From Octopus bimaculoides (lineage: Eukaryota), in the NCBI RefSeq assembly GCF_001194135.2, contig NC_068999.1, forward strand, positions 49,152,428 to 49,216,427: a DNA stretch of 64,000 nt, in the 5' to 3' direction. Both the position numbers and the translations under genes were made by a program. Under the pieces are notes generated by a model that was given only the letters and a program-made list of their open reading frames with translations, was not told the origin of the DNA and did no database searches. Below, one piece after another: positions 1 to 12,698 of the stretch. How positions within the stretch are numbered: the stretch's first letter is position 1; each line of letters begins with the position of its first letter.

Positions 1-10
1 TCTGATATTC

Positions 11-208
11 TTTTATTTGTTTCAGTCATTTGACTGCGGCCATGCTGGAGCACCACCTTTAGTCAAACAAATTGACCACAGGACTTATTCTTTGTAAGCC
101 TAGTACTTATTCTATCGCTCCCTTTTGCCGAACCTTTAAGTTTCAGGGACGTAAACACTCCAACATCGGTTGTCAAGCAATGGTGGTGGGGACAAACACA
201 GACACACA

Positions 209-246
<38 letters not shown>

Positions 247-405
247 ACAGGCTTCTTTCAGTTTCCGTCTACCAAATCCACTCACAAGGCTTTGGTTGGC
301 CCAAGGTTATAGTACAAGGCACTTGCCCAAAGTGCCACACAGTGGGACTGAACCTGGAACCATGTGGTTGGTAAGCAAGCTGCTTACCACACAGCCACTC
401 CTGCA
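11..405 (-). mobile_element. tRNA-derived SINE, family B1 (internal (TA)n; tail ending GGCGGTGCTCCAGCATGGCCGCAGTC)
   Basis: Head GCAGGAGTGGCTGTGTGGTAAG...GGTTCAGTCCCACTG; core GCCTTGTGAGTGGATTTGGTAGACGGAAACTGAAAGAAGCC; many copies in the window. Resembles octopus SINEs (OK/OR1/OR2 group); exact name needs a library search. Confidence 0.85.
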
Positions 406-714
406 CCTGTAGCTACTCATTTTTTTCTTTTTATCCTGTAGTTCAGAGCAGAAAGGATAGCATGCATGACCCTTTTCAGGTTCTCTAACGAACATGGAAG
501 AAAAGAAGCTATTGTAAGAATGGAAACTTGACCTAGATTCTTGCAATAGGATGTATTCTGCTGAAATTTCTTAAAGACCAGATGGTCTAACAGAGTGCAA
601 GTATATGTATGTGTGTATGTATATATTTGTGTGTATGTATATATTTGTGTGTATGTGCATGTATATGTGTTTGTGTATATATATGTGTATGCATGTATAT
701 CTATCTATTTACAC

Positions 715-758
<44 letters not shown>

Positions 759-1261
759 CATCTTTTACTTGTTTCAGTCATTCTGGGGTACCACCTTATG
801 TATGTATATATGTAGGTAGGTATGTAAAAATTGTCTGTAACCTCAAAGTTTCACCTTTGACTGATGGAGGTAACTAAGTAACTATGTATGTTCATGTGTG
901 TGTGTGTATTAACACACACACACACAAAGCATGAAAATTTCAACATGTTAGAAGCCCACTTCTGTGTGTTTCTTACCAAAAAAAAAAGTAATTTAAGTGA
1001 AATTCATACAAAGCAAAAAGCAAACCTTCAAATAATAATATTGATGATGTATAATATTGATTATTGCAGTTATGTAAATGAAACGGGTCAAACTTGTTAA
1101 ATTTATGCTTTTTAAATGAGATTATTAAATAAATATTGTTTAAATTAAAAATATTAAACAAGAATAATTTAAATTCCTTCTATAGTTAATACTCTCTTTT
1201 TTTTAACAGTTTATCTTCTTTTTATGTAAGTGTGTGTGTACATGTCTGTGCATGGGTAGAA

Positions 1262-1422
1262 ATTAGGAATGAGAACCCAGGTTCGAAATTTCCCCAAGAC
1301 ACCTGATGAAGGCTAGAGAGTATATCAGCCGAAACGTCGTGTTAACAACAAACAAGATGAAAACAAATATCTGTCGAATGTAAATAATATACATAATTCC
1401 TCATCTCTTAAATATAGAACTG
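1262..1422 (+). mobile_element. Hammerhead-bearing repeat (Penelope/retrozyme-like tail), 5'-truncated copy
   Basis: About 160 bp similar to the reverse complement of 23925-24077. Confidence 0.7.
1298..1343 (+). ncRNA. Minimal type I hammerhead ribozyme motif
   Basis: Stem I GACAC/GTGTT; CTGATGA plus one extra A; stem II GGCT/AGCC; GAAA; palindromic stem III ACGT; predicted cleavage after GUC (1338). Confidence 0.75.
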
Positions 1423-2124
1423 TATTTCTTGCAGGTTGAGTGATAACATAGAGGCTCTGGGATTGACTTATATGCTAGAGTGTGTATCTGTGTGTACATG
1501 TTTCATGCTGTGGCACAAAAAATTTCCGAACATGAAGGAGAAAAAATACCTAATATATATTATAGATTTTTATCCTATTTATTGTAGCTGAAAATTTTCA
1601 CTGACTGCTTTTCTGAGTTTCCCATTTTTGATTTTTGGGAGATCAGAAATGTGAGGGTAATGATTAGTGTTGTTTTGAGTGAGCAAAAAATTAATATAAA
1701 TAATTCAAACTGTGGAATAAACTGTATGCCAAACGAAACAAAATATGTACACAGTGAGTATCCTTGACTGAAGAGAGATGAAAATGTCAAATGGTGTTGA
1801 AGGACAAATGGGTTTCGAGAGACAGTGAGATGGGGAGTTAAGAGAGAAGGAGGAGGCGGAAGATGAAACTAGTGTTAAAGGATGGGACATAACAGCTGGG
1901 GTTTCACTTGGCCTATATGTATTATTAATCGTCAAGAGCAGACTGCAACCCACTGGACTTTCTGAATGGTACACCAACGAAAAATTACTTTAAATTTTTT
2001 TAGTAATGCAGCCATCTGATGATAAGCCATGTTTCATGTGGCCCACTTCTCAAAAAGGTTGCCCATGTTTGGTCTAAGATAGTGTTTCCCAACCTATTTT
2101 CCTCCAGGCCCCACCATAGCTTTC

Positions 2125-2490
2125 AGAAAAAAATATGTACCCCACCGTGTGGCATCTTCGGCAAATGTCTAATATTATAACGCTGTGCCGATCAAAGCCT
2201 TGTGAGTGGATTTGGTAAACGGAAACTGGAAGAAGCCCATCGTACGTATATATGTCTGTGCGTTTGTCTCCTTGTCCTGACATCGCTTGATAGTGGTGTC
2301 ACTGCCATACAAGCAGTGTCACTCATTTCTAGTATTTTGCAAGATAACTGGCCATGGGGAACTATTATCTTGTTTGAAAACAGATCAGGGTTGGCAACAG
2401 GAAGGGCATACGGCTATAGGAAATCGGCCTCAGTAAACTCCTTCCGACCCATGCAAGCATGGAAAATTAGACGTTAAAACGATGAATTAA
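2125..2490 (+). mobile_element. SINE family B2 (B-type core plus RTE-like tail ending (GAT)n)
   Basis: Same core as B1, then GGTTGGCAACAGGAAGGGCAT...GCATGGAAAA...GACGTTAAA; similar copies at 43340-43745 (-) and 60680-60990 (+). Confidence 0.72.
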
Positions 2491-3299
2491 ACGAGAAAAA
2501 AATCAAAAGCCAAGGTTGCAAATCTAAGGGAGATAATTTCATAAAAACAGGATAGAGAGACAGCCAATTGGTTGCCTTATGATGTGTGTGGTAGGCGTCT
2601 GATGTTGGCCTCTGTTTAAGTAGAAGACAGACATTTTATTGTTTTAATAAGAAAATAAACGATTTGCTTTCGTAATCCAAGAAATGTAAACTCTGTGCAT
2701 TCCACTCACATTTTACATCTAAAGAATATATACGAAAAGAAAGTGAGAAGTGCTATTTAACTATGTACATGAAGAGAGATATATTCTAAGAGAAGTAATA
2801 GAAATGGACAACACGTAACGAATAATTTAAACATGTCTGAGAGAAGAAGCATGAGAAAGATTGTTGTGTTACGTAGAGATAAGGGCAAAAAGGAAAGGGA
2901 GTTTAAGTCTGTGAGACAGAGAGGAAGAGAATGAGTAAAAGGTATTTATTGGACAGGAAGGGAAAAAGAAAGACTAATGTCTAAAGATAGATGACAAACG
3001 AGGACAATGTCGCTTCTAGAACAAACACAGAATGAAGTAGATTGGATAGATTATGTCTATGTGGCTTTACTGAGCGTTTTTCATATGCATACTAGGCAAA
3101 GTAAGATCAGAAATGTTCCTGATTTATTAGAGAATATGCTAGGCTATCTGGATGTATGTGTGTGCGTAGTGACTATATCATTATAGAGCTTGTGCTAATT
3201 ATGTTTGTTTTTTGCCATCACGGTTAAGGCCATGCTGGTGCACTGCACTCGTTAATATACTCGGAATACACGAATTAGAGTTTGCGTGAATGAGAATAC

Positions 3300-4150
3300 A
3301 TGTCAAAGTATTAGGATGAGTAGATGTATATGAGTTTCAGAGGGTTGGAGTACGAGGGGGAGTGAGTATATAAAAGAGAGAAATGGGAGAGAGAGAGAGA
3401 GAGTTTATGAAAGTGAGAGTAAGATGGGAGATGTTTCAGAGAGAGAGAAAGAGTAAATATACAATAGCGAGGTGTCAGAGAGTACGTGGGGGAAATGCAA
3501 ATAAAAGGGAGGATGTATGTGAAAGAGTAAGAAGTGGAGTAGAAATAAGCGAGAGTGTGTTTGAAAGGAGAAGTGAGAGGGAATGTGTATGAGAAAATAA
3601 AGGCGTAGTGAAAATAAGAGTCAGAGAGAGAAAGTAAAAATGAGAGAGGGTGTGTCTAGTGGAGGAGTGGAAAGGAAAGAAAGAAGCATGAGAAAATGAA
3701 TAGAAGGGGAGTGAAAATGAAAAGGGAATGCGTTTGAGACAGTAAATAGAGAAGGAGTGAAAATAAAGCAGGTAATATGTCTAAGAGAGGAGACTGAAAA
3801 TAAGAAATGGAATGTGTCTAAGATGGAGTGGAAATTAGAGAGGTAATGGGAGGAAAAGTAAAAGAGAAAATATGAGAGATTAAGTAGAGGAAGGGGAGTG
3901 AAAAATTAGAAAGGGAGTGTATCTGAATGGGAGTGAAAGTAAAAGAGATGTGTGTGAGAGATAAAGTAGAGGAAGGGGAGTGAAAGTAGAAGATATGTGT
4001 GAGAGAAGTAGTAGAAGGCAAGAAAAAAATTAGAGAAGCAATATGTCTAAATGGGAGTGAAAGTAAAACTGGAGATGGCTATGAGAGAAGCAGTAGAAGG
4101 GGAGTGAATGTATGGAAGAAGAAGAGGAGTCAGGGTAGAGAAGGTTCTGT
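3300..4150. repeat. Purine-rich degenerate minisatellite (GGAGTGAAA...ATGTGTGAGAGAAG units)
   Basis: Strong GA skew with recurring units; other purine/pyrimidine tracts at 6210-6440, 10590-10860, 13430-13860 and 14700-15100. Confidence 0.7.
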
Positions 4151-7100
4151 GAGGTTTCTTTAGAACAGATTCTGAATGCATACAAGTGTATAGTTTTTCT
4201 AATATTATATATATGTAGATATATAATTTTTGAGAACGTTAATGGTATGGGAGTGAGCAGGTGTAACTGGGAAGAAAGAAGAAAGTGACTGATTGATTCT
4301 ACGGAGTAAAAGTCAGTGAAAATGAGAATGTTCTCGACAGCCAGTGCATATTTAAATATGTGGAAGAAAGGAAGTCGAGTTCGTTGTGTGTGTATATGTA
4401 ATAATAGAAGGATAAACTAGAAAGGTTTTTTTTTTCGGTTTTGATTTTTATCAACGGGACAGTTGGAGTCGAGAATGTGTATATATATATATATATATAC
4501 AAGCACGTGTTTGTATATATATATATGTATATATGTAAATGGTATAAAAAAAAAGAAAACGGGATAAAAAAAAAACAAAGAAGAATTGGGTGTGTGTAAA
4601 GTTTCCCTGAATGTGAATCAGAATGCGTTAAAGTGTGAATATATGTATGATGTAACGGTATGTATATGAGTGTGTGTAATTTACTGTGTAAGCTTCCTGT
4701 TGTCAAGTAAATTAACATGGCTAAAAGCCAACTAAACGAAAAAGAAAGAAAAAAAAAGCCTTTCTCTGCTCTGCGATAGTTAAGATTGCTTTTCATTTGG
4801 TAGTGGATGATTTTTTCTTTTTTTTTTTTGGTTTATTTTTAGTATACTTTTAAGGAGAAAATTTAACTGGAACCCGAAGGTAGATGCGTGATAGGCGCGC
4901 GGTACATACACACACATGTATATCGAGATACGTATACGCACTCGCAATGTGTGTGCATCAATGTATATGTCTATATATATGTGTGTGTGTATGATGCATG
5001 TAGCTCATGTATACTAACATATACACATGTGCGCGCGCGCGACATTACTACAGAGAGAATGAATAGGTAGAGATGGCTAGATAAATAGCCAAATGATATA
5101 TATAGACAGATAAAGATGTTAAGGTAGATAGAAGACAGGACATAAAAGGAGAGAAAGATAAATAGATAGAGGAAGAAAGACTGAGATAATAAGGGTAAAA
5201 AAATAGATAAGAGACAAAAAAGAAAAAAATTGAAGTGTGGGTTGTAAAATAAATAAACCAAAGACAAAGTGACCGCAGTGGAGTGTCCTCATTTTGCCGG
5301 AATATTATTTCACTTTGGGTCATTTGCAGTTATAAATACTGGTGTCTTTGACTTTTATAAAGAAGCTTGGCTTACGCGAAGAGAGGAGAGAGGAAAAGAA
5401 GGAGAAAGATGGCGGTGTTGTTGGAAAGAAAGATTATTTTAGATAATTCTGTTTAATACTTGAAATGGCCATTTCAACCGTGAATACGTACATACATATT
5501 ACACATACGGACAAATATATGCGTACAGACACACATACGCACGTACATACACATGCATAATCATATACATAGGCGAGTGCACGCACAAACACATATTACC
5601 TATATATATGTGTGTGTGGTGCGTGTACGTTTTAGTGTTAAACATTAAAATGATAAAATTAACAATTCTGCCATCCATAAACACGCACATACACACATAT
5701 AAAAGACTCCCCCCCCCATGAGTTTACCTTTCAGCTCTCTCTCTCTCTCTCTGTTAACACACACATACACATCTATATAAGCATATACAAACAGACGTAG
5801 GTGTGTACGTACTCATATATACAACTTGTGGTATGTACGTACAGCGGGGTCACCTGCATGTGTTAAATTTCTTGAAAAAAAAAAAAACAAAGAGAGAGAG
5901 ACGAACAAATAGAGAAGGGAAAGAGAATCATAAATCAAAAATAAACCTTTGTTTATATTGCAGCCTTTTGCCTTTATTTTATACACTTTTTTTTTCAATG
6001 AGCGCTATAGTTTCATTATGTTCTCCTGTTGACAAGCATCCAATATTTTTTTCGCTTAATTTCCAATATATATACTCATTTTAATTATTTTTTTAATGCA
6101 TGGTTATCGTCAAAACAACAAATATATTAAAAATAAAACTATTTAAATGTAATCAAATGTAGTTAGTAGAAAATAAGTCGTAATTATCACGGCCTTCTTT
6201 TTTTTCCAACACCCTCTCTCTGTCATTCTGATTCTCTTCTCTCTTGCTTTCTCTTTCCTTCGTTCTCTCTTGCTTTCTCTTTCGTTTTCTCTCTCCATTT
6301 CTCTTTCCTTTTCTCTCTCCATTTCTCTTTCCTTCTCTATCTCCCTTTTTCTTCAGTCTATATCTCTCCCTTTCTCTCCATCGATATTAGCTTATGTCAC
6401 TTTCTCTTGTCTGACATCTTTTCTTTCCTCTTTCTCTCCGATCTCTATTACATTAGGTACATCTAGTGCACAATGGTCTGCAACTTATGGGTCACGACCC
6501 AGATCGGGTCATTGTATGTCTCAAAGGACCACCAAAACAAATTCGTTTTCGTGATATACGTGACATGCGCGTGGCCTAGTGGTTAAAGTGTTAGGCTCAA
6601 GATCATAAAGACCTAGGTTCGATTCATGCACCGGGGTTTTCAGTAACACTCCATATAACTTTGTTCCAGTCCCTTCAGTTAAAAGAAGAGTACCGGCCCA
6701 GTGCTGGTACTCGTTTACGTGTATTTACTATATATATATGCTATTGTATATATGTCTTTATAACGCATCCAGACGCAGTTTATGCGTATATACACAAGTA
6801 CGTACGTGCCCGCATATATACAAATAGACAAATGCACAGACAAAGACTATATTATATAGTCATAAACACATCTCCCTCCAGTTTAGCTCTTATTTCTAGC
6901 AATTTAGGAGTTTCCTAACACCCTAGTCACTTTTAATGGTAATTATAATTCTCCTTCTTATTGAAACATTACAAACTGCTGTTTATATTAATTCTGTGTG
7001 TATGCGTGTGTGCATACACACATATATATACATGTAAAACACCTTGGATCATATATGTCCACCTGACCAGGGCTGCCATGGAATGAATGAGATAAAGAAA

Positions 7101-8093
7101 GCAAGGAAGAAAGAAAGAAAGAAGGAAAGAAAGGAAGAACATGAGACCACATGCACATAACTCACATGTCTCTTTGGAAGAAACACTCACAAACATACAC
7201 AAACTCAATCATACACACACACACATCAGCACACAAACACACACACATTTACAACATGTGACTGACAATAGAAAGAACAGTGCTATTGGTGGCAAATTTC
7301 TACAAAAACACTTGAATTCGAACTTGAACTAATTGTTTTGGCCTAGGAAGAAAAAAGAAAACGAAATGAATTGGATACATTCAAAATGGTTTTCAGCAAT
7401 TTCAAAAACTTTGAATGATTCTATTGTGTTATTTTTTTATGTATATTCTTCCCCCACCATCTCAACCTAGTCTTCTGTTTTAAAAAGAAGACAGTTACTT
7501 TTGTAATATTATAATTAATTAATTAACTATCAACAGTCTGATTATTCCTGTTGGATATGGTGGTCTCAAGGAAATTATTATTTCCAACTACATCAAGGGT
7601 GCTTTATATAAATATTAAATCACTCTCAGTAACCGATTGATACTTGATTTCATTGATCGCTGGAAAGGATAAGCAGCAATGATGACCACTGGGATAGCGA
7701 ACACAAAACACAGAGGAACTGAAACGCAATACCGTTCGATGTTCGAACAATTCTGGTTTGGTCGATCGTGCCAAAAACACAAACTCCACGGTAAAAATAG
7801 ATATTCAAAAACCTAACATCATCAGGCAATGTTTTCCGATATTGTATTTATTTATTATTATGAATACACACAAAGCTAACCGAATCAATATTTTGCTTTC
7901 AAATGTTTTGAAGGGATGTCACTCAATGAATATGTGTGATCTATTGGACATGAAGTGTCAGTAAAAAATTTTAAGCTCATTCATAATTAAATATTTTGAT
8001 GAAGTTCTTGGAGCGTTACTTACTATTGATTTGAAGTTTGGCAGACTCATTAGAGCATTGAAATCAAGAGTTTTTTTGGCATTTAATTGTGAC

Positions 8094-8310
8094 TCTTTTA
8101 TTTGTTTCAGTCATTTGACTGTGGCCATGCTGGAGCACCGCCTTTAGTCAAGCAAATCGACCCCAGGACTTATTCTTTGGAAGCCTAGTACTTATTCTAT
8201 CAGTCTCTTTTGCCAAACCGCTAAGTTACGGGGTCATAAACACACCAGCATCGGTTGTCAAGCGATGTTGGGGGGACAAACACAGACACACAAACATATA
8301 CACACACATG
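8094..8310 (-). mobile_element. SINE family B1, 3' half
   Basis: Very similar to 11-200. Confidence 0.8.
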
Positions 8311-8326
8311 CATATTTATATATATA

Positions 8327-8700
8327 TCATCATCATCATCATCGTCGTCGTTTAACGTCCACTTTCCATGCTAGCATGGGTTGGACAATTTGACTGAGGA
8401 CTGGTGAAACCAGATGGCAACACCAGGCTCCAATCTGATTTGGCAGAGTTTCTACAGCTGGATGCCCTTCCTAACGCCAACCACTCCGAGAGTGTAGTGG
8501 GTGCTTTTACGTGCCACCGGCACGAAGGCCAGTCAGGCGGTACTGGCAACAGCCACGCTCAAAATGGTGTATTTTATGTGCCACCCGCACAAGAGCCAGT
8601 CCAGGGGCACTGGCAACGATCTCGCTCGAAAATCCTTACACTTGTCACGGGCACAAGTGCCAGAAAGGCAATGCTGGGCACAGGTGCTATCCTGATTTCA
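8327..8700 (-). mobile_element. RTE-type 3' tail element ending (GAT)n
   Basis: GGTTGGCGTTAGGAAGGGCATCCAGCTGTAGAAAC motif; copies at 58031-58275 and 34505-34700 (-), 31500-31760 and 28990-29190 (+). Confidence 0.75.
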
Positions 8701-8833
8701 CACTGAAAGGATAAACGGTAAAGTCCACCTTGGCAGAATTTCAACACAGAATATAAAGATGCACGAAATGCTGATGAGCATTTTACCTGGTGTGGTAATG
8801 GTTCTGCCAGCCTGTCACCTTACTGTTATAATT

Positions 8834-9000
8834 TACCGTATTTTAACATGTATAAGGAATCCTTTTTGTGTCAAAAATTAAGTTAAAAATATATGGGAGT
8901 TTCTTATACATGGATAGTATTATAATCCCTTATAAAATCTTTTTTCCAAATTTTAAGCCCCCAAAATTAGGGGATTCCTTATACACGTTGAAATACAGTA
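8834..9000. mobile_element. pogo/Tigger-like MITE
   Basis: TA-flanked, about 29 bp TIR TACCGTATTTTAACATGTATAAGGAATCC/GGATTCCTTATACACGTTGAAATACAGTA. Confidence 0.8.
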
Positions 9001-12000
9001 ATATTATCAAGAATCATGTAAGGTAGTGAGTGAGCTGGCAGAATTGTTAGCATACCAGGCAAAATGCTTAGGGACATCTCGTTGGTCTTTACATCCAGAG
9101 TTCAAATTCTGCCAAGGTCAACTTTGCCTTTCATCCTTACCTCCTCCCCAGAAAATACAGGTCTTGTGCCAAAATTTGAAACTAAGAATTGCATAAGGTG
9201 GTAAGGTGGCAGAGTCATTAGCACACCAGGCAAAATGCTTAGCGGCATTTTGTCCATCTATGTTCTGAGTTCAAATTCTGTCGAGGCTGATTTTGCCTTT
9301 CATCCTTTCAGGGTTGATAAAATAAGTACCAATTGATCACTGGGGTTGACGTAATCAACGACCACCCATCCCTGAAATTGCTAACCTTATGCTAAGATTT
9401 AAAACTAATATTATTAGGAATTATATATATAAAAAACAAATTGCTGAAATATTTCATGTGTTGTAGATGTATAGCTCATAAATTTTAACAGCAAAACCTA
9501 ATATGGACCCCTAAGGACCATGTGGACCCTGGTTGAGAATCATTGACTTGGTGGAGCAAAATCTGAAAAGAAATTACGAGGCCAACCCACAGCCAAGAAC
9601 ACTGGAGAAGGGGCTCTTAAGTAAGGATTAGGCATAAGTAAAGTGTTCGGTCGTCTTTTACATACTGGATTTCTAATTGTAGCTGTACCCCTAGGTTACG
9701 ATTGAACTTACAGACTCAATTTTGTGGGGTGGGGGGAGTGAAATGGTGGATAAGAGTTAGAGATCAGTGTTAGAAATAAAAGTTCACAAATCTTTGCTCA
9801 TGGTATGAAAATATATGTGCATAAATGTGTGTGTGTGTGCTTATGTGTTTATTGAAATATGAGAGTGCAGATAGATAACTCAGATGATTTTGTAACCTGT
9901 CTGTCAATGGCATTGTGATGTGTCTATCACCAAGGAACTTGACATTCAAAATAAGCAGCATGTGGATACTTCAATGAAAGATTCACTATTGTAAAATTAG
10001 CCTTCTTTTTTTTTTTTTTTTGTCTGTGTGTCTCTTGTGGAAACATAAATATGCAGAACAATAGGCTCTCTTAGAATATCTGGCTCTAGATACAACTCTA
10101 CATAAATGAGTGATCGAGGAATTAAGAGCTTGGACAGGAGTTCTTCATCTTTTTATGATTCCAGACTTTTAAAGAATTACACAATATGTCCTCATATCCA
10201 CCTTAACCAAACAACCAAAATCATCATCACCATTTATATATTGGTTTCAAATTTCAGCACAAGGCCAGCAAGTTTGGGGGAGGGGACTGGTTGGTCATAT
10301 TGACCACAGTGCTCAACTGGTACTTATTTTATTGACACCCAAAAGAATCAAAGGTAAAGTCAACCGTGGTGGAATTTGAACTCAGAATGAAAAGACAGAT
10401 GAAATGCCGCTAAGCATTTTACCCGGCAAGCAAGCGATTCAGCCGGCTTGTTGCCTTCTCATCATTTATATATTAATACAACAGTGAATTCCTACCTACC
10501 TTTAGTGCAACTCTAAGAGAAGTAACTCAAATAGAGTAATAAAGAAATGGTAGTGGTGGTGTTGGTGGAAAAGTTGGCAGTGACAATAGTGTTGGTAATG
10601 GGGGAGAAAGATGCATGGAGAGAGGGGAAGGAATAGAGAAAAGGGGGAAACAATAGAATCAATAAAAATAAAAACAGGGAGAGAAAATACAAGAGAAACA
10701 GAGGGGAAGAGAGAAAAGGAGAAGAAAGTAAGACAGAGGATTCTAAGAAGTAAATATGCAAAAAAAGTTAAAGTAAATATGCAAAAAAAAGTTAAAGTAA
10801 ATATGCAAAGGGAAGAGAAGAAATAGAAAGTCGGGAGTTTTAAACACAGAGAGTGAGGGAAGACTATGATTGATGCGGCAAAGTTTGTGATGTCACTGCA
10901 TCTTTAGTTATCTCGTTCTCTCATTTCCCCCCTCCTTCTTTCTCTGCATTTGTTTGAAGTATTTTTGGAAGTATATCTTAGTTTTATTTCGCTGCAAGAA
11001 AGGGTAAATAAATACGTAATGACTAAGCGGGAGTCGGGGGTGTAAACGGAATAAATATAAACACACACTCAATGGGCTTCCATACTGTTTCTGATTTCTC
11101 AAGATATTAATGAACTCGAGGCTCTAATTGAAGACACTTGTCAAAGATGCAACGCAGTGGGACCGAACCCGGAACGACATGGTTACGGAGCAAATTTTTA
11201 AACCATACTGCCATACCTGCCTCTAAATCATTTATATATTTATTTAGAATCCACAGGTCACTGGGAAAGCTTCTATGTTTGGTTCACTGAGACTCAAGTC
11301 AGTCCATATGATCATATGAAAATAAGGAGAGAATACTTTGTAGTTAGATTTGTTAAAGCTTTGCTAACGTAGTTGTACAGTAGCAGAATAATGTTATAGC
11401 TTGATTATGTATTCGTCATTGTCCTATGATCACGATACGATATAATACTATTTTCTCAAAAAGCTGTAGCCACATAACTGAACTAGTGACAACTACTGGA
11501 AATCATAAACCTTCCCCCAGTTGAAGCATATTTCAGTTTACTCGTGCTTCTAATATCTTTGGGGGAGTGCGTGCACGTCAGAGAATCTCTTATTACAAAT
11601 GACTAACTATTTAATTTCTCCCCACTAATTCAGATCAACACAAACATACACATCATGCAGTGATTAGTGGAGAGGACTTAATTCGTACGAAAAGAACAAG
11701 CCAAGCAGTTGCATCCTTGAAAGCATAAACTAACATCCATCCGAGTCGCGAAAATGTTAGAACTACTACATTACATCACACCTCACCATTACTACTACAT
11801 AACATTACGCAACGAGTCAGCGAAAGCGCTGCTATGTGGTCCCCAGAACAGCCAAATTGTCCCTCAGTTCACTCCCTACAATTTTCAGTAGGAAAAGTAT
11901 TGGGTAATGTAGTCGTAGATACTTTAAAAAAAGACGAAATGGTCACGGTTGAAACACTTGTGATCATAAACAACGAACAAACAAGGGAGCTGCTACTCGG

Positions 12001-12657
12001 TCAGTGAACCTGCTAGAAATAGCAGCCAAATAATACCCTTCAAATCGCAGCCTCCCAGTCTTAAAAAAAGGTACATTCAATATTGTAGTCCTAGATATAA
12101 TAGGTGTAAATATAAAACAAAATACTTTTATCATGGATCTGTTTGGTTAATACTGACCAGAAGCTAACCAATATATATATATGTGTGTGTGTCTGTATAT
12201 ATAAAGAAAAAGAGATGACAAGGGAATAAACGATTATCTTATGAACTTCATTAGCTTACACCTGTTTCTGCTAGAGAATGCAGTGGATTCATAGTTGAGT
12301 GCTTGAGTAACACCTTATAGCTTCATCGGAGCCTTAAATATGAAGTGCAATTTCTTTGGGAAAAACAATTACATTTAAGGTATACACACAGAAAAGTGTT
12401 ACCAATGAGAAAACATGTATGTGGGGAATGAAATTCAGGTGCGCCTCCCATAGTTAGAATAAGATTAATGTTGAAGTGTGTATAAGGATAAATATACCGA
12501 GATGTAGAGAAACAGTAATTAGATCTACCAGTAAAAATAAATGTGTAAACATATGCATACACAGACATGGATACAAATAAACACACATATTTACATATAT
12601 CTATATATATATACATAGACAGACATTATATTCTTGGACTCTGATGCAATATCAGAG

Positions 12658-12698
<41 letters not shown>

